Shown here piece after piece: positions 36,985-46,769 of a DNA stretch of 64,000 nucleotides. The notes beneath the pieces were generated by a model, which worked only from the letters and a program-made list of their open reading frames with translations, was not told the DNA's origin and did not search any database. The translations under genes and the position numbers were made by a program. The first letter of the stretch is position 1, and every line of letters begins with the position of its first letter. The DNA comes from Gemmatimonadaceae bacterium (GTDB lineage Bacteria; Gemmatimonadota; Gemmatimonadetes; Gemmatimonadales; Gemmatimonadaceae): positions 768,001 through 832,000 of the forward strand of contig JBJMOW010000004.1 in the NCBI GenBank assembly GCA_045803545.1. The letters run 5' to 3'.

Positions 36985-38829
36985 ATGAGCGCAGGGCGTC
37001 ACATCATCGTGATACCAGACATCCCGCCAACGACCCGGCGCGTTCTAATCCTCATCGGCGCCTTGGCTCTTTCGCTCTCAAATGTCGCAAGCGGACAGGA
37101 GCGCGCCCCTCGCATCCGTACTTTTGACGCGGTGCTCACAGTTCATGTCGACGGATCTGTCGATGTCGTAGAGGAGCTGACGGTCCGGTTGGCGGGCGAA
37201 TCGAATGAATTTGTCCGCGACCTCTCGCTGCGCGATGATGCAGCGCCAAAAGGGCCGACGAAACTCGATGTCAGAGTTCTTGCCGTCACTGATGAAGACG
37301 GAGAGCCACTCAGCGTAGAAGAGAAGAGCATCGACAACGGCTGGACGCGCAGACTCGTCATCCGGGTTCCAGACGTTGTCGACGCGGACCGGCATATCGC
37401 GATCCGCTACGAGGTCGTCAACGACGTTCAGTTCATCAACGCGGGCAAAAAACCTGGCGCGCTCGATGAAGTGCGCTGGAAGGTGATCGGCAATGCGGAC
37501 ATGCCGACCGACAGCTTGCACGCGCGAGTGGTGCTCCCCGCGGGCGCCAGACCAAGCCGCGCCGCCGCCTATACCGGGCCCGGTGAATCCGTAGTCACCA
37601 ATGCGACACCACGAACTAACCGAAACGAAGTCAGCTTCGCTCTCACGAGCGGGCTCGCACCACACCAGGCAATCACGCTGAGCGTCGGCTTTCCTGTCGG
37701 ATACATTCACCGCCAGCCGTCGCTGTGGGCTCGCCTCTTACCGATGTTGTCCTGGTGGCCGCTGCTGATACCGTTGATCGTGTTCGCCTTCGCGTTCCGG
37801 CTGTGGGATAAGAGGGGGCGAGATCCGAAGGAAAATTCCCAGGTCGTCCGTTACGAGCCGGTCGACGGCATTTCACCAGCCGGACTCGGCAAGTTGGTGA
37901 GCAACGAGCTGGAGCCTCCGATGAGGCTCTTCGCCGCAACGCTGGTCGATTTGGCCATACGCGGTTTTCTCCGCATCGAGGAGACGACCCCGAGCATTCT
38001 GGTGACGTTGACCAGGGACGTCACCGCCCTAGCCCAAAGCATGCTGCACGGCGACAGCGGGAGCGTCGATTACCTAATTCACTTTGCGCGACCACGCTCA
38101 GAGTGGAAAGGTCTCAAGTTGCACGAGGTGCGTTTGCTCGACGGGGTCATCAACGCCGCGCCCAGCGCCGCGGGTATCATGGGTGACAGCGTGAGAGTCT
38201 CGAGTCTGTCGAACAAATTCTACGTTTCAGTTCCGGAAATAGTCGAAGCGATGGAATTCGAGCTCGTCGCTAAAGGCTACTACCGCACCCGCCCCGGCAA
38301 AGTGAACCTGAGATGGATTACGTACGCGAGTTTCCCACTTGTGGTGGCTGCGTTCGTGGGTTGGTTCTTTAATGGAATCCTGGACGCGGCTTGGGTGTGG
38401 ATCTTCGACGAGCCACCCGTGAATGGGTCGCTCCCGGTCTCCGACTACAAATTCCTCTTCGCCATGCTCCTCAGCACGGTGATTCTGATCGGCTTCGCGT
38501 TCATCATGCCCAGCCGCAGCGTCGCCGGCGCCCGTGCCCGCGAAGCCACGCTCGGCTTCAAGGAATTCCTCAGCCGCGTCGACACAATGCCTTCAGTCGA
38601 GTTGTTCGAAAGCTACCTGCCCTACGCGATTGCGTTCGGGGTCGAGAGATCGTGGGCGCGCGCTTTCGAGAACATTTACGTCACGCCACCGAGCTGGTAC
38701 TCGGGGCCAATGGGAGAATTCAGCTCGAAGACCTTCGGGCACAGGATCAGTGACTTGTGCATCTCCGTGGCGAGCAGCATGTCGACGCGCCCCTCGGACT
38801 TTGACGACTCGGTACTACTGCCTGTCTAG
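36985..38829 (+). CDS. DUF2207 domain membrane protein
   Basis: DGSVDVVEEL, ATLVDLAIRGFL, FESYLPYAIAFGV, PPSWY. Confidence 0.88.
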   Translation: MSAGRHIIVIPDIPPTTRRVLILIGALALSLSNVASGQERAPRIRTFDAVLTVHVDGSVDVVEELTVRLAGESNEFVRDLSLRDDAAPKGPTKLDVRVLAVTDEDGEPLSVEEKSIDNGWTRRLVIRVPDVVDADRHIAIRYEVVNDVQFINAGKKPGALDEVRWKVIGNADMPTDSLHARVVLPAGARPSRAAAYTGPGESVVTNATPRTNRNEVSFALTSGLAPHQAITLSVGFPVGYIHRQPSLWARLLPMLSWWPLLIPLIVFAFAFRLWDKRGRDPKENSQVVRYEPVDGISPAGLGKLVSNELEPPMRLFAATLVDLAIRGFLRIEETTPSILVTLTRDVTALAQSMLHGDSGSVDYLIHFARPRSEWKGLKLHEVRLLDGVINAAPSAAGIMGDSVRVSSLSNKFYVSVPEIVEAMEFELVAKGYYRTRPGKVNLRWITYASFPLVVAAFVGWFFNGILDAAWVWIFDEPPVNGSLPVSDYKFLFAMLLSTVILIGFAFIMPSRSVAGARAREATLGFKEFLSRVDTMPSVELFESYLPYAIAFGVERSWARAFENIYVTPPSWYSGPMGEFSSKTFGHRISDLCISVASSMSTRPSDFDDSVLLPV

Positions 38830-39353
38830 AACGCGCCCCACGCCTGCTTGCCAGGGATGTAGTAACTCGGGCAGATGAACTTGAAGGCATTGGCGATCCT
38901 TTGGGCGCTCGCCACCTTGGCCTTGTCCTTCTCGAGGATCCCTGAGATCTGCTGATCGAACATCTCGCCGTAGTACGCTTTCGCGGCGGCGTGCCGGTCG
39001 GCATCGCTCTTATAGTCACTCCTGATCTCAGCCAGCTCACCCGGGTCGAGGAAGATGCCTTCGCATTTGGGGCATTCATCGACCGTAACGTCGCGCTTCA
39101 CGCTCCAGAAATGACGCATCATCACGATCTCTGGATCTCGCGGGCATTTGTAGCGTTTGTTCCGATCGACTTTGATCTTTGGGTTTTGCTCGATGTTCAA
39201 AAGCGCCTCGCCGGCCGCCTCGCTGGCCTCGTCGACCTTGCGAAGCGCCCATTCGTCGAACCAGAGTGCGCCGCAGCCGCCTTTGCAGGTTTGAACCTTC
39301 ACGTCGCCCGCCGTTACTTCTGTCATCGCCGTGCCGCAGGCCGGACAATTCAT
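38826..39353 (-). CDS. Tandem zf-TFIIB zinc-ribbon protein
   Basis: MNCPAC...CKGGCGALWFDEWAL and CPRD...DECPKCEGIFLDPGEL; SD GAGG. Confidence 0.88.
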   Translation of the reverse strand: MNCPACGTAMTEVTAGDVKVQTCKGGCGALWFDEWALRKVDEASEAAGEALLNIEQNPKIKVDRNKRYKCPRDPEIVMMRHFWSVKRDVTVDECPKCEGIFLDPGELAEIRSDYKSDADRHAAAKAYYGEMFDQQISGILEKDKAKVASAQRIANAFKFICPSYYIPGKQAWGAF

Positions 39354-39420
39354 CGAGTCTTCCTCTAATCGTTGTATGGAGAAAGACGTTGGCGGCAAGC
39401 CGTGCGCAACAAACAGCGTG

Positions 39421-40926
39421 CTAGTGTGCCGACACGGTCCGACCACGCGACCAGTCACGCAAAGCCTGAATGCGCTCCTGCATCGTCGATGAGAGTGGAC
39501 GCGTCCGGGCGATCTCCGTGCTCAGGTCTTCCATGCACAGGGTGCGGCCGGCTGCGAACACCGCGTAGAGCGAGGATACCACGACCTGCTCGATCTCAGC
39601 TCCGCTGAAACCCTCAGTGGCCGCCGCCAGCGTGGCGAGATCGAAGCCGGCAATCGCTTGCTTTCGGCGTTCCAGGTGCAGCCGAAAGATCGACTCGCGA
39701 ACATCGGCTTCGGGAAGGTCCACAAAAAATATTTCGTCGAAGCGACCTTTCCGCACCAGCTCGGGGGGTAGTCTCCCGATGTCGTTTGCCGTCGCGACCA
39801 CGAATACATCGCCGCGGCGCTCCTGCAGCCAGGAGAGAAACGTTCCCAGAATGCGGACCGACACGCCGCCATCGTTGTCGGTGCCCGCGAAAAACGCCTT
39901 TTCGATCTCGTCGATCCACAACACCGCCGGCGCCGCACGCTCGGCGGAATGGATCGCCGCCAGAAACCGTTTCTCGCTTTCACCGACAAACTTGTCGTAG
40001 ATACCAGACGTGTCGAGCTTGAGTAGTGGCAGTTGCCAGTCCGCGGCAACCGCCTTCGCGCACATACTCTTGCCGCAGCCGGGAACACCCACGAGCAGCA
40101 TCCCCCTCGGGAATGGCAATCCCGCCTCGGCCGCTTTGGACGGCGCGGCGATGACTGCCTTGCGCGTATCGAGCCAGGCTTTCAGCGAAGATAGATCAGC
40201 GATGTCGGCGAGCTTCACCTCAATGGGACAGAACTCGAGCAGGCCCGCCGCCTTCATGTCGGCGTTTTTCGCCGCGACCACCTGCGCGATGTCCTGCACG
40301 CTGAGAATACCGTCGTCGACGATGACGCGCGTGAGGACGCGCTCCGCTTCCGACAGCGTGAAGCCGCCCAGCGCAGCGATCAGGCGCTCCCCCTCGGCCT
40401 GAGTCAGCTCGGCGCGGACCGGAATGCGGTCGTGAAGGTGCATCACCACTCGCTTGATGACTGCGAAGTAATCGGCTCGCCCCGGAGGCGGAAGCGTGAC
40501 CAACGCTGCCAACTTTCGAAGTGACTCGGGCAAACTCTCGACGCTGTCGAGGACGATGATTGCCGCGTCCAGGCCATCGAGACCGGTGATCGCATCCTTC
40601 AGATACTGCGCGCGGGTTGCGTCGGCCAGATCGGCGCCGAGTCCTTCGAACACGAATATCGCCGGGATGCGCGCCATTTCGACGTAGGCCAGAGCACCGA
40701 CGAGATCAGCAGTCGAGGCGACCGGCGGACCTCCATTCTTGCGCACCAGTCCTTTGGTGCGCGTCCAAAAGAACAGCGGTATCCCGAGTTGCGCAGCTGC
40801 AGCGGCAACTGCTTCGTGTGCCTGGGTCGGGTCATCGGCGTCGAGGGCGACCAGGCCAAGGCGTGACCGAACGAGCACGACGAGCTCGTTGACCGGATCG
40901 GGTTTGACGCTGGCGACTTGTGTCAT
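39421..40926 (-). CDS. Ycf46-like AAA+ ATPase
   Basis: Degenerate N-terminal domain; GVPGCGKS, VLWIDEIEK, ATAN, LPPELVRKGRFDEIFFVDLP, GFSGAEIEQ. Confidence 0.92.
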   Translation of the reverse strand: MTQVASVKPDPVNELVVLVRSRLGLVALDADDPTQAHEAVAAAAAQLGIPLFFWTRTKGLVRKNGGPPVASTADLVGALAYVEMARIPAIFVFEGLGADLADATRAQYLKDAITGLDGLDAAIIVLDSVESLPESLRKLAALVTLPPPGRADYFAVIKRVVMHLHDRIPVRAELTQAEGERLIAALGGFTLSEAERVLTRVIVDDGILSVQDIAQVVAAKNADMKAAGLLEFCPIEVKLADIADLSSLKAWLDTRKAVIAAPSKAAEAGLPFPRGMLLVGVPGCGKSMCAKAVAADWQLPLLKLDTSGIYDKFVGESEKRFLAAIHSAERAAPAVLWIDEIEKAFFAGTDNDGGVSVRILGTFLSWLQERRGDVFVVATANDIGRLPPELVRKGRFDEIFFVDLPEADVRESIFRLHLERRKQAIAGFDLATLAAATEGFSGAEIEQVVVSSLYAVFAAGRTLCMEDLSTEIARTRPLSSTMQERIQALRDWSRGRTVSAH

Positions 40927-40951
40927 GAGAGAAGGGTGATCGGGAGTCAGG

Positions 40952-41764
40952 CTATGGGAAGGACGACGGCGGCGCCGGCTCCGGAACGTGCGTGCGTCGA
41001 AAATACTCGCACCCAACACTGTCGCCGCGGTCCAATCGCGTCGAGTCAATCACAACCGAGTCCGATGCGGTGTAAGCACGAGCGTAGAGACGGCGGCAGC
41101 GCGCCCAGGCATTAGCCTGGACCTGTCGCCCGCCGAAGTACACCATCGCGATAATTCCCGCGATCATCACAGCGCATATCCCGATATACAGGGCGTTGCC
41201 AGCTCGTGAGAGATCACGAGATACTGGTCCTACTTCGGCGGGATCGAGTAGTTGCTTTTTGCACCCGGGGCACTTTCCAGTCTCGAGGACCAGATCCTGG
41301 ACCAGATACTCAACTCGGCCGCGTGTGTAGACGCTTGTCAGATCTATTCCGCACGCGGGGCAGACGAGACCGCTGCGACGCGCCAGACGGCTCCCACGCA
41401 CTGCGAATGTGAGCAACAAACCCATCGCTACGACGGGCAATATCGCCCGGTAGGTGATGAGCGCTCCGTGCTGGAGGCTCGGCACCAGTCGAGAGATCGC
41501 AACCAAAGACGGAACCCCGACGACCACGATCACTATCACGATCGCGATGCCCTTCTCGAACTGTCTCTGGGCGATTCCGGCCTTTGCGGCAAAATCGCCG
41601 CGGCGGAACGGTGCTTTGGTATGGAGCTCGCGCGTGTCGTCACGCGGGATCTTGAGCTCTGAAGCGGAAAGCTTGGCCAGGCGGCGCACCGACCGCCAAA
41701 CGGAGACGCCGACCCATGTCAGGATGACTGCGGGAAGCCACCAATTCTCGAGGATGTGCTTGAT
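40952..41764 (-). CDS. Multi-TM protein with cytoplasmic zinc ribbon
   Basis: TM segments around CPACG...CPGC. First canonical start is GTG 41689, but the frame carries another TM helix back to ATC 41764. Confidence 0.65.
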   Translation of the reverse strand: MKHILENWWLPAVILTWVGVSVWRSVRRLAKLSASELKIPRDDTRELHTKAPFRRGDFAAKAGIAQRQFEKGIAIVIVIVVVGVPSLVAISRLVPSLQHGALITYRAILPVVAMGLLLTFAVRGSRLARRSGLVCPACGIDLTSVYTRGRVEYLVQDLVLETGKCPGCKKQLLDPAEVGPVSRDLSRAGNALYIGICAVMIAGIIAMVYFGGRQVQANAWARCRRLYARAYTASDSVVIDSTRLDRGDSVGCEYFRRTHVPEPAPPSSFP

Positions 41765-41893
41765 CGCTCAGATGCTCCGGTTAAACCACTAATTGGCTTG
41801 GACTAACGGCCAGGAAGCCACGGCCACTGACGGTGAATGACGTTCGGTGACGGCTGAAGGCGCCCGATAGTCACGGTGCGGGAGGAGCGTTGA

Positions 41894-42016
41894 ATGACAT
41901 CGCCATATCGAGCCCTGGACGAAGTCAAAATCATCGACACGCTCCACTGTATAAGGCGAGGCCGCGCGCGTGGCATACCGGCTGCACGTCTCCAGGAGAT
42001 CATAACAGGGGATTAA
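41894..42016 (+). CDS. Putative 40-aa small protein
   Basis: SD GGAGGAG at 41881; MTSPYRALDEVKIIDTLHCIRRGRARGIPAARLQEIITGD; stop 1 nt before the next ATG. Confidence 0.35.
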   Translation: MTSPYRALDEVKIIDTLHCIRRGRARGIPAARLQEIITGD

Positions 42017-42017
42017 C

Positions 42018-42221
42018 ATGCCGAGCCGCAATGTGGGATCCAAACGCAACAGATCAAACGACCAGGAAGTTCCCGCCGAACTTGCCAAGCGAGAGGCGCA
42101 AGACCGCACGTCGAGCAATTCAGGATCGGGACGCGCCAAAAGCCCGGTTGACTCAATGCATGTCGACGCGCCATCGCGGCAGAAGAACGCGCGCGGCCAC
42201 CAGCAGAAACGGACAAGCTAG
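42018..42221 (+). CDS. Small basic hydrophilic protein (67 aa)
   Basis: SD AGGGG; low-complexity charged sequence; followed by a hairpin. Confidence 0.55.
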   Translation: MPSRNVGSKRNRSNDQEVPAELAKREAQDRTSSNSGSGRAKSPVDSMHVDAPSRQKNARGHQQKRTS

Positions 42222-42235
42222 CTCGACGTTGAGCC

Positions 42236-42258
42236 TCGACGCGCAATTCGCGCGTCGA
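42236..42258. terminator. Hairpin between convergent genes
   Basis: TCGACGCGC-aattc-GCGCGTCGA. Confidence 0.55.
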
Positions 42259-42271
42259 TTCAGGCGGATTG

Positions 42272-42967
42272 CTACTTCTTACTCAGGTAGTGCTCTTCCA
42301 GAAATTGCGACCGGAAATTCTGCGGGGGAACCGGAATGTCTGGCCGGCCTTCGGGCGTGAAGTCCATCAAATTCCAGTACGGCCACACGGTGTCGACGTG
42401 ATTCGATGGCAGTTCAGTGGTCCAGAAATGAAAAATCTTTCCCTTCTGTTTCCGGAATACATGCATCACCGGTAATTGCATGTCATCAGTGTCTCCCTGG
42501 CATTTATAGTCGGCCTGGAAAGGAGAGCTGAATCCGGAAAGCAGTGCGATCTGCGACCATCCACGTTGCTTTGCCCACGCATTAATTCGCTCGGGCGGAG
42601 CCTTGGCGACTGCAACAAAGGCGGCGTCGCGGGTGACCTGATACCAGCTGCGATCAAAGCCATCAACCAATGACGTGCAGGACGGGCAGGGATTGTCCCA
42701 GTTCGGACCGAACATGAACGAGTAGAGCAGAAGCGTTTCTTTGTCGCCAAACAGCTCCGAGAACTTCACACTCTTGCCGACCTTGCCATCGTTCGCCCAC
42801 TGGAAAGTGTAGTCTTGCTTCAATTCTCCGCCGGGAGGAAGCTTGCGCCGTTTTGCGGCAACGGCCTTCACTTTGTCGACAAGCTCCTGCTCGTCTTTGA
42901 GCAGCGAATCACGCGCATCGCGGTACGCCTTGCTTTCATTCGGATATCGCAGGTCGCTCATGCTCAT
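42272..42967 (-). CDS. DUF899 family thioredoxin-like protein
   Basis: RRKLPPGG, FSELFG, YSFMFGP, CPSCTS, WNLMDFTPEGR. Confidence 0.92.
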   Translation of the reverse strand: MSMSDLRYPNESKAYRDARDSLLKDEQELVDKVKAVAAKRRKLPPGGELKQDYTFQWANDGKVGKSVKFSELFGDKETLLLYSFMFGPNWDNPCPSCTSLVDGFDRSWYQVTRDAAFVAVAKAPPERINAWAKQRGWSQIALLSGFSSPFQADYKCQGDTDDMQLPVMHVFRKQKGKIFHFWTTELPSNHVDTVWPYWNLMDFTPEGRPDIPVPPQNFRSQFLEEHYLSKK

Positions 42968-43107
42968 TCCTCTTTTAGTACGCTGATCCCTCATTCTAAC
43001 GCCTGCCTGCGAGGGACAATATCACCGCGAGCGGTTACGATCGCCGCGGCAAGAACGACATATTTTAGCGAGCAATCCGTGGGCTTACGTCAAACGAGGA
43101 TCAGTCG

Positions 43108-43545
43108 ATGAAACTCTTTCGCGCTCCGTCCCCCAGTCACGTGAGCTTCGGTCTCGCAGTGCTCAGAATCGCCACCGGGGCGGTGTTTCTCGACCACGGC
43201 TATCAGAAGCTGTTCAAGATGGGCATCGGTGGGGTCACGGGTTTCTTTACCCAGATCAATGTGCCGTTACCCGGCGTGATGGCAACGCTGATCACTTTGC
43301 TCGAAGTTTTCGGCGCCGTTGCCATAATCGTCGGTTTCCTGACGCGACCGCTCGCGCTGGCGTTCGCGCTCGACATGCTCGGCGCCATTCTGCTGGTGCA
43401 GCTGAAGAACGGGTTCTCGAAGTACGAGCTCGAATTCCTGCTGTTCGCCGCGAGTGTCGCGCTTTTCCTTACGGGCGCAGGCAGGTACTCAGTTGATGCG
43501 ATGATCGCCGGTCGGGCCGAGCCGGTGGAACCGCCGAGGATGTAG
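43108..43545 (+). CDS. DoxX-family membrane protein
   Basis: LRIATGAVFLDHGYQKL, GFLTR, GAGRYSVD. Confidence 0.92.
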   Translation: MKLFRAPSPSHVSFGLAVLRIATGAVFLDHGYQKLFKMGIGGVTGFFTQINVPLPGVMATLITLLEVFGAVAIIVGFLTRPLALAFALDMLGAILLVQLKNGFSKYELEFLLFAASVALFLTGAGRYSVDAMIAGRAEPVEPPRM

Positions 43546-43569
43546 TAATGAGTGATGGCCACGTCGAGA

Positions 43570-44532
43570 TCACGCCGGCATCATTTCGCGGATGCGAGCC
43601 GGCTCTTCGCCGAGCCAGTCGGGATGCGTTGCGGTCGAATCGAAGATCGAGCTGGTCTTGAACAGCTCGAACTCACCATCGACGGCAGCTTTCCTCGTCT
43701 TTGCGAGCAGAGCGCGCCGTTTCGCGACGCTCAGTGGACGGAACCTGTGAACAGCAGTAAGCGCTTGCTCCAAAATCTCCATGCTGTCGCACCCGGTGAT
43801 GACCACTGACGTTGGCAGGCTCAGCGCGTAGTGCAGACACTCGATCGGCGTAACCGTACGTGATTTCAGAATGATCCCATTGGCCATGCTCTTCATGCCG
43901 AGCACGCCAATTTTCTGTTTTACCAGCTGGGGCAGCACCAACTTCTCGAAGCTGCGGTAGTGCGCGTCCATCACATTGAGTGGCATCTGCACGGCGTCGA
44001 ATGAGAATCCGTTCTCTTTCGCCACCTCGAGCATGTGCAGGTGGATGTGCGGATCCTTGTGCCCGGTGAACCCGATGTAGCGGATCTTTCCCGCCTTGCG
44101 TGCCTCGATGAGCGCCGCGTTCGCGCCTTCGGGATCCATGATGCGGTGCGGATCATCGAACCGGATTACCTCGTGATGCTGGACGAGGTCGATGCGGTCG
44201 GTCTGAAGCCGGCGCAGCGACTCGTCGAGCTGACGCGTCGCTTCTTTCTTCGACCGACCATCGATCTTCGTCATCAGGAACACCTTGTCGCGGTAGCCGT
44301 CGCGAAGCGCCTTCCCGGCGCGGCTCTCGCTCGCGCCGGCGTTGTAGTCCCATGAATTGTCGAGGAAGTTGATCCCGTGATCGATGGCGCTGCGCACGAT
44401 GCGGAGCGCGAGCTGCTCGCCTACCGCAGGCAAGCCAAGATGCCAGCCGCCGAGTCCAATGGGCGATACCCGTTCCTTCGTTTTGCCGAGAACGCGGTAT
44501 TGCGAGGTCGCAATCGCTTCGCTTTCAGCCAC
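43570..44532 (-). CDS. Aldo/keto reductase
   Basis: IGLGGWHLG, GINFLDNSWDY, VFLMTK, SLRRLQTDRIDL, GKIRYIG. Confidence 0.95.
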   Translation of the reverse strand: MAESEAIATSQYRVLGKTKERVSPIGLGGWHLGLPAVGEQLALRIVRSAIDHGINFLDNSWDYNAGASESRAGKALRDGYRDKVFLMTKIDGRSKKEATRQLDESLRRLQTDRIDLVQHHEVIRFDDPHRIMDPEGANAALIEARKAGKIRYIGFTGHKDPHIHLHMLEVAKENGFSFDAVQMPLNVMDAHYRSFEKLVLPQLVKQKIGVLGMKSMANGIILKSRTVTPIECLHYALSLPTSVVITGCDSMEILEQALTAVHRFRPLSVAKRRALLAKTRKAAVDGEFELFKTSSIFDSTATHPDWLGEEPARIREMMPA

Positions 44533-44554
44533 GGTGCACCTCCGGCGGTGTTAG

Positions 44555-46303
44555 CTAACGAGTCAGCTCGAGTGGCATCGCGAACTGGAATGCGCTTCCT
44601 TCGCCCACCGTCGAATCTACCCACAGTCGCCCACCGTGCGCCTCGGCGATTCCTTTGGCGATGGCGAGGCCCAGGCCGAGACCGCGACGGTCGTCGCCGC
44701 GTGCTTGCCAGAATCGATCGAACAACCGCGATCGCTGCTCCTCGGCGATGCCAGGTCCCGTGTCAGCAACTGATGCATGCCACTCACCATCGTCGACGTA
44801 AGCATCAATACTCACGCGTCCACCGCTCGGCGTGAATTTGAGCGCATTGCCGACCAGGTTGTCGAGCAGCTGCAGTACGCGCTCCTCATCGGCTTGAACC
44901 AGAGTGCCGTCGGGCGCGGGCGTGAGGGCGAGTGTGATGCCCTGGTCCGACGCGCGTGCTTCGAAGGCGTCGAATGTGTCCTTCAGCATGCGATTGACAT
45001 CGATACGGCGGATGTTGAGCGACAGGTGTCCCGTCTCGAGTCGAACGATATCGAGCAGGTCGCCGATGAGTCGATTCATTCGCTGCACCGCACGAGTGCT
45101 GATGGCGACTGAAGACTTCCGCCGCTCAGGAGTAAGATCGGGTTCAGCCAGCAGCTGCGTCGTCATGCTTACGAGGTTCAGCGGATTTCGTAAATCATGT
45201 GCAACCACGCCAAGCACCTGCTCGCGCGCATGTGACATGAGCTCGGCGGCTTGCCTGGCGGCACGCTCCTCGTCGTAGCTTCGCGCCCGCTGCAGAGCAT
45301 CGGCGGTCGCCTGAGCAAGCAGGCTGGTAAAGAGCTCGTCGGTGGCGTGGGTGTCCGGACAGAAAGTGAACTCGAATGCCACTCCACCCACCACTCTATC
45401 CGCGTGAATGAGCGGCAAGGCGAGATGCGCGCCCACGTAATCGGCATCCGTCAACGCTGCGCCGAGGCCGGCAAAGCATTCATCGTACTCCTTCACTGAG
45501 CGCAGCCATACCGAATGCCGGTCACGAATCGCCTGCAGAATCGGGAGGCTGTCGTCGCCGCTCGAATAGAGCTGCATCAACTCCTTGTCGTCGGGTCGGC
45601 CGACGGCACCGATCACTTGCGTCACGCGTCCGTCCTCGACCAGAACGAGGTGGCCGCGCGTGGCCTGGACGGTGTGCAGTCCACGCGTCAATAGCGCCGT
45701 CGCGATGTCGGCCGTCGTGCTTGCCATCGACATCGCCGCCGTCACCTCCTGAAGTGCGTTGGCTCGCGCCACCGTTCTCTCGGCGTCCTTCAGGGCGTCC
45801 TCGAGCGCCTCATTTGCCGAGGTGAGATTCTCAGAGAGAGCTCGCACTTCTTCCATTTGCTGGGCGAGGTCAGCGTTGAGACGATTGAGCTTGAGGACGT
45901 GAGTTTCCGCCACCGCGCGAGCGCGTCGCAACATTTCGGTCGCCGCACTGACGAGTGCGACAACGATCGAGAAAAACACCACGTGCGGAACGTCCTTGAA
46001 TACCCGCACGAAGACTGACTTGTCCGACGTCGGGATCAGGAATGCGAAGAGAAGGGCGATGACGCCGAGCGAAATCGCCAGCGCCCGTAACGCACCGAGT
46101 CGCCAGATATTGGTAGCGACCGCTGTGAGTAGAAGCAGGTAGGCGATGGTCGGCCAGGCAACAGCGGCGTAGCACGCCAGCGCGGTGATGCCGATCGCGA
46201 CAATGTCGCCGCGAAGGCCGGTGTCGGCATTACGCCGCAGGTACTGGCCAACGCCGGGCAGATTGCTGATGTCCTGATAGAAACGGGTGTTAAGTCTCGT
46301 CAT
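44555..46303 (-). CDS. Membrane GAF-domain sensor histidine kinase
   Basis: N-terminal TMs, GAF domain, H-box AHDLRNPL, NALKFT, DTGPGI, GLGLGL. Confidence 0.95.
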   Translation of the reverse strand: MTRLNTRFYQDISNLPGVGQYLRRNADTGLRGDIVAIGITALACYAAVAWPTIAYLLLLTAVATNIWRLGALRALAISLGVIALLFAFLIPTSDKSVFVRVFKDVPHVVFFSIVVALVSAATEMLRRARAVAETHVLKLNRLNADLAQQMEEVRALSENLTSANEALEDALKDAERTVARANALQEVTAAMSMASTTADIATALLTRGLHTVQATRGHLVLVEDGRVTQVIGAVGRPDDKELMQLYSSGDDSLPILQAIRDRHSVWLRSVKEYDECFAGLGAALTDADYVGAHLALPLIHADRVVGGVAFEFTFCPDTHATDELFTSLLAQATADALQRARSYDEERAARQAAELMSHAREQVLGVVAHDLRNPLNLVSMTTQLLAEPDLTPERRKSSVAISTRAVQRMNRLIGDLLDIVRLETGHLSLNIRRIDVNRMLKDTFDAFEARASDQGITLALTPAPDGTLVQADEERVLQLLDNLVGNALKFTPSGGRVSIDAYVDDGEWHASVADTGPGIAEEQRSRLFDRFWQARGDDRRGLGLGLAIAKGIAEAHGGRLWVDSTVGEGSAFQFAMPLELTR

Positions 46304-46677
46304 TCACGTGCCTTCGGTCGGTCGAGCCAACGCTCGGCGTCGACATCGTTGTAGAATGGCTTGATCTCGCAGACGTCCTCGACGAGGATCTCGACCATAC
46401 GCACCATTCCAAATTGAAAGTCGTTCTCAACGAGGACTGCAGTGGGGCCGAGCCGCGTTCTTTCCCCGAGCCAGCGCAGTAGTGCAACCAGCACCCTGAC
46501 GTCGGCGGGTGAGAAATCCGGATGGGCGCGGCGGGCATCGATCACCTCGGAGTAGGCGAGACCGGGCTCCTGGCGTTCCTCTTCGAGGTGATCGCGAATC
46601 TCCTCGATGGTGACGCGGCCTTCCGCGCGCGCGATAACTCGTCGGTGCGGGTGATCATAGGTAGCCGTGATTGGCAT
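46300..46677 (-). CDS. SpoIIAA-like/STAS-SEC14 small protein
   Basis: AEGRVT, EVIDAR, TAVLV, FGMVRM, F...AERWL; ATGA-coupled to the kinase. Confidence 0.7.
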   Translation of the reverse strand: MPITATYDHPHRRVIARAEGRVTIEEIRDHLEEERQEPGLAYSEVIDARRAHPDFSPADVRVLVALLRWLGERTRLGPTAVLVENDFQFGMVRMVEILVEDVCEIKPFYNDVDAERWLDRPKARE

Positions 46678-46769
46678 ATCCGCTCCTGTCGAACGACCTG
46701 GGACGCCGAAGCGCTGCAACACTGCCAGCAAGTTACCGGATCGTGACGGCGCCGATGCGCCGTGGCCAG

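Noticed and set aside
41789..42139. 116-aa minus-strand ORF
   Set aside because: No SD or motif; plus-strand small ORFs have better initiation signals.
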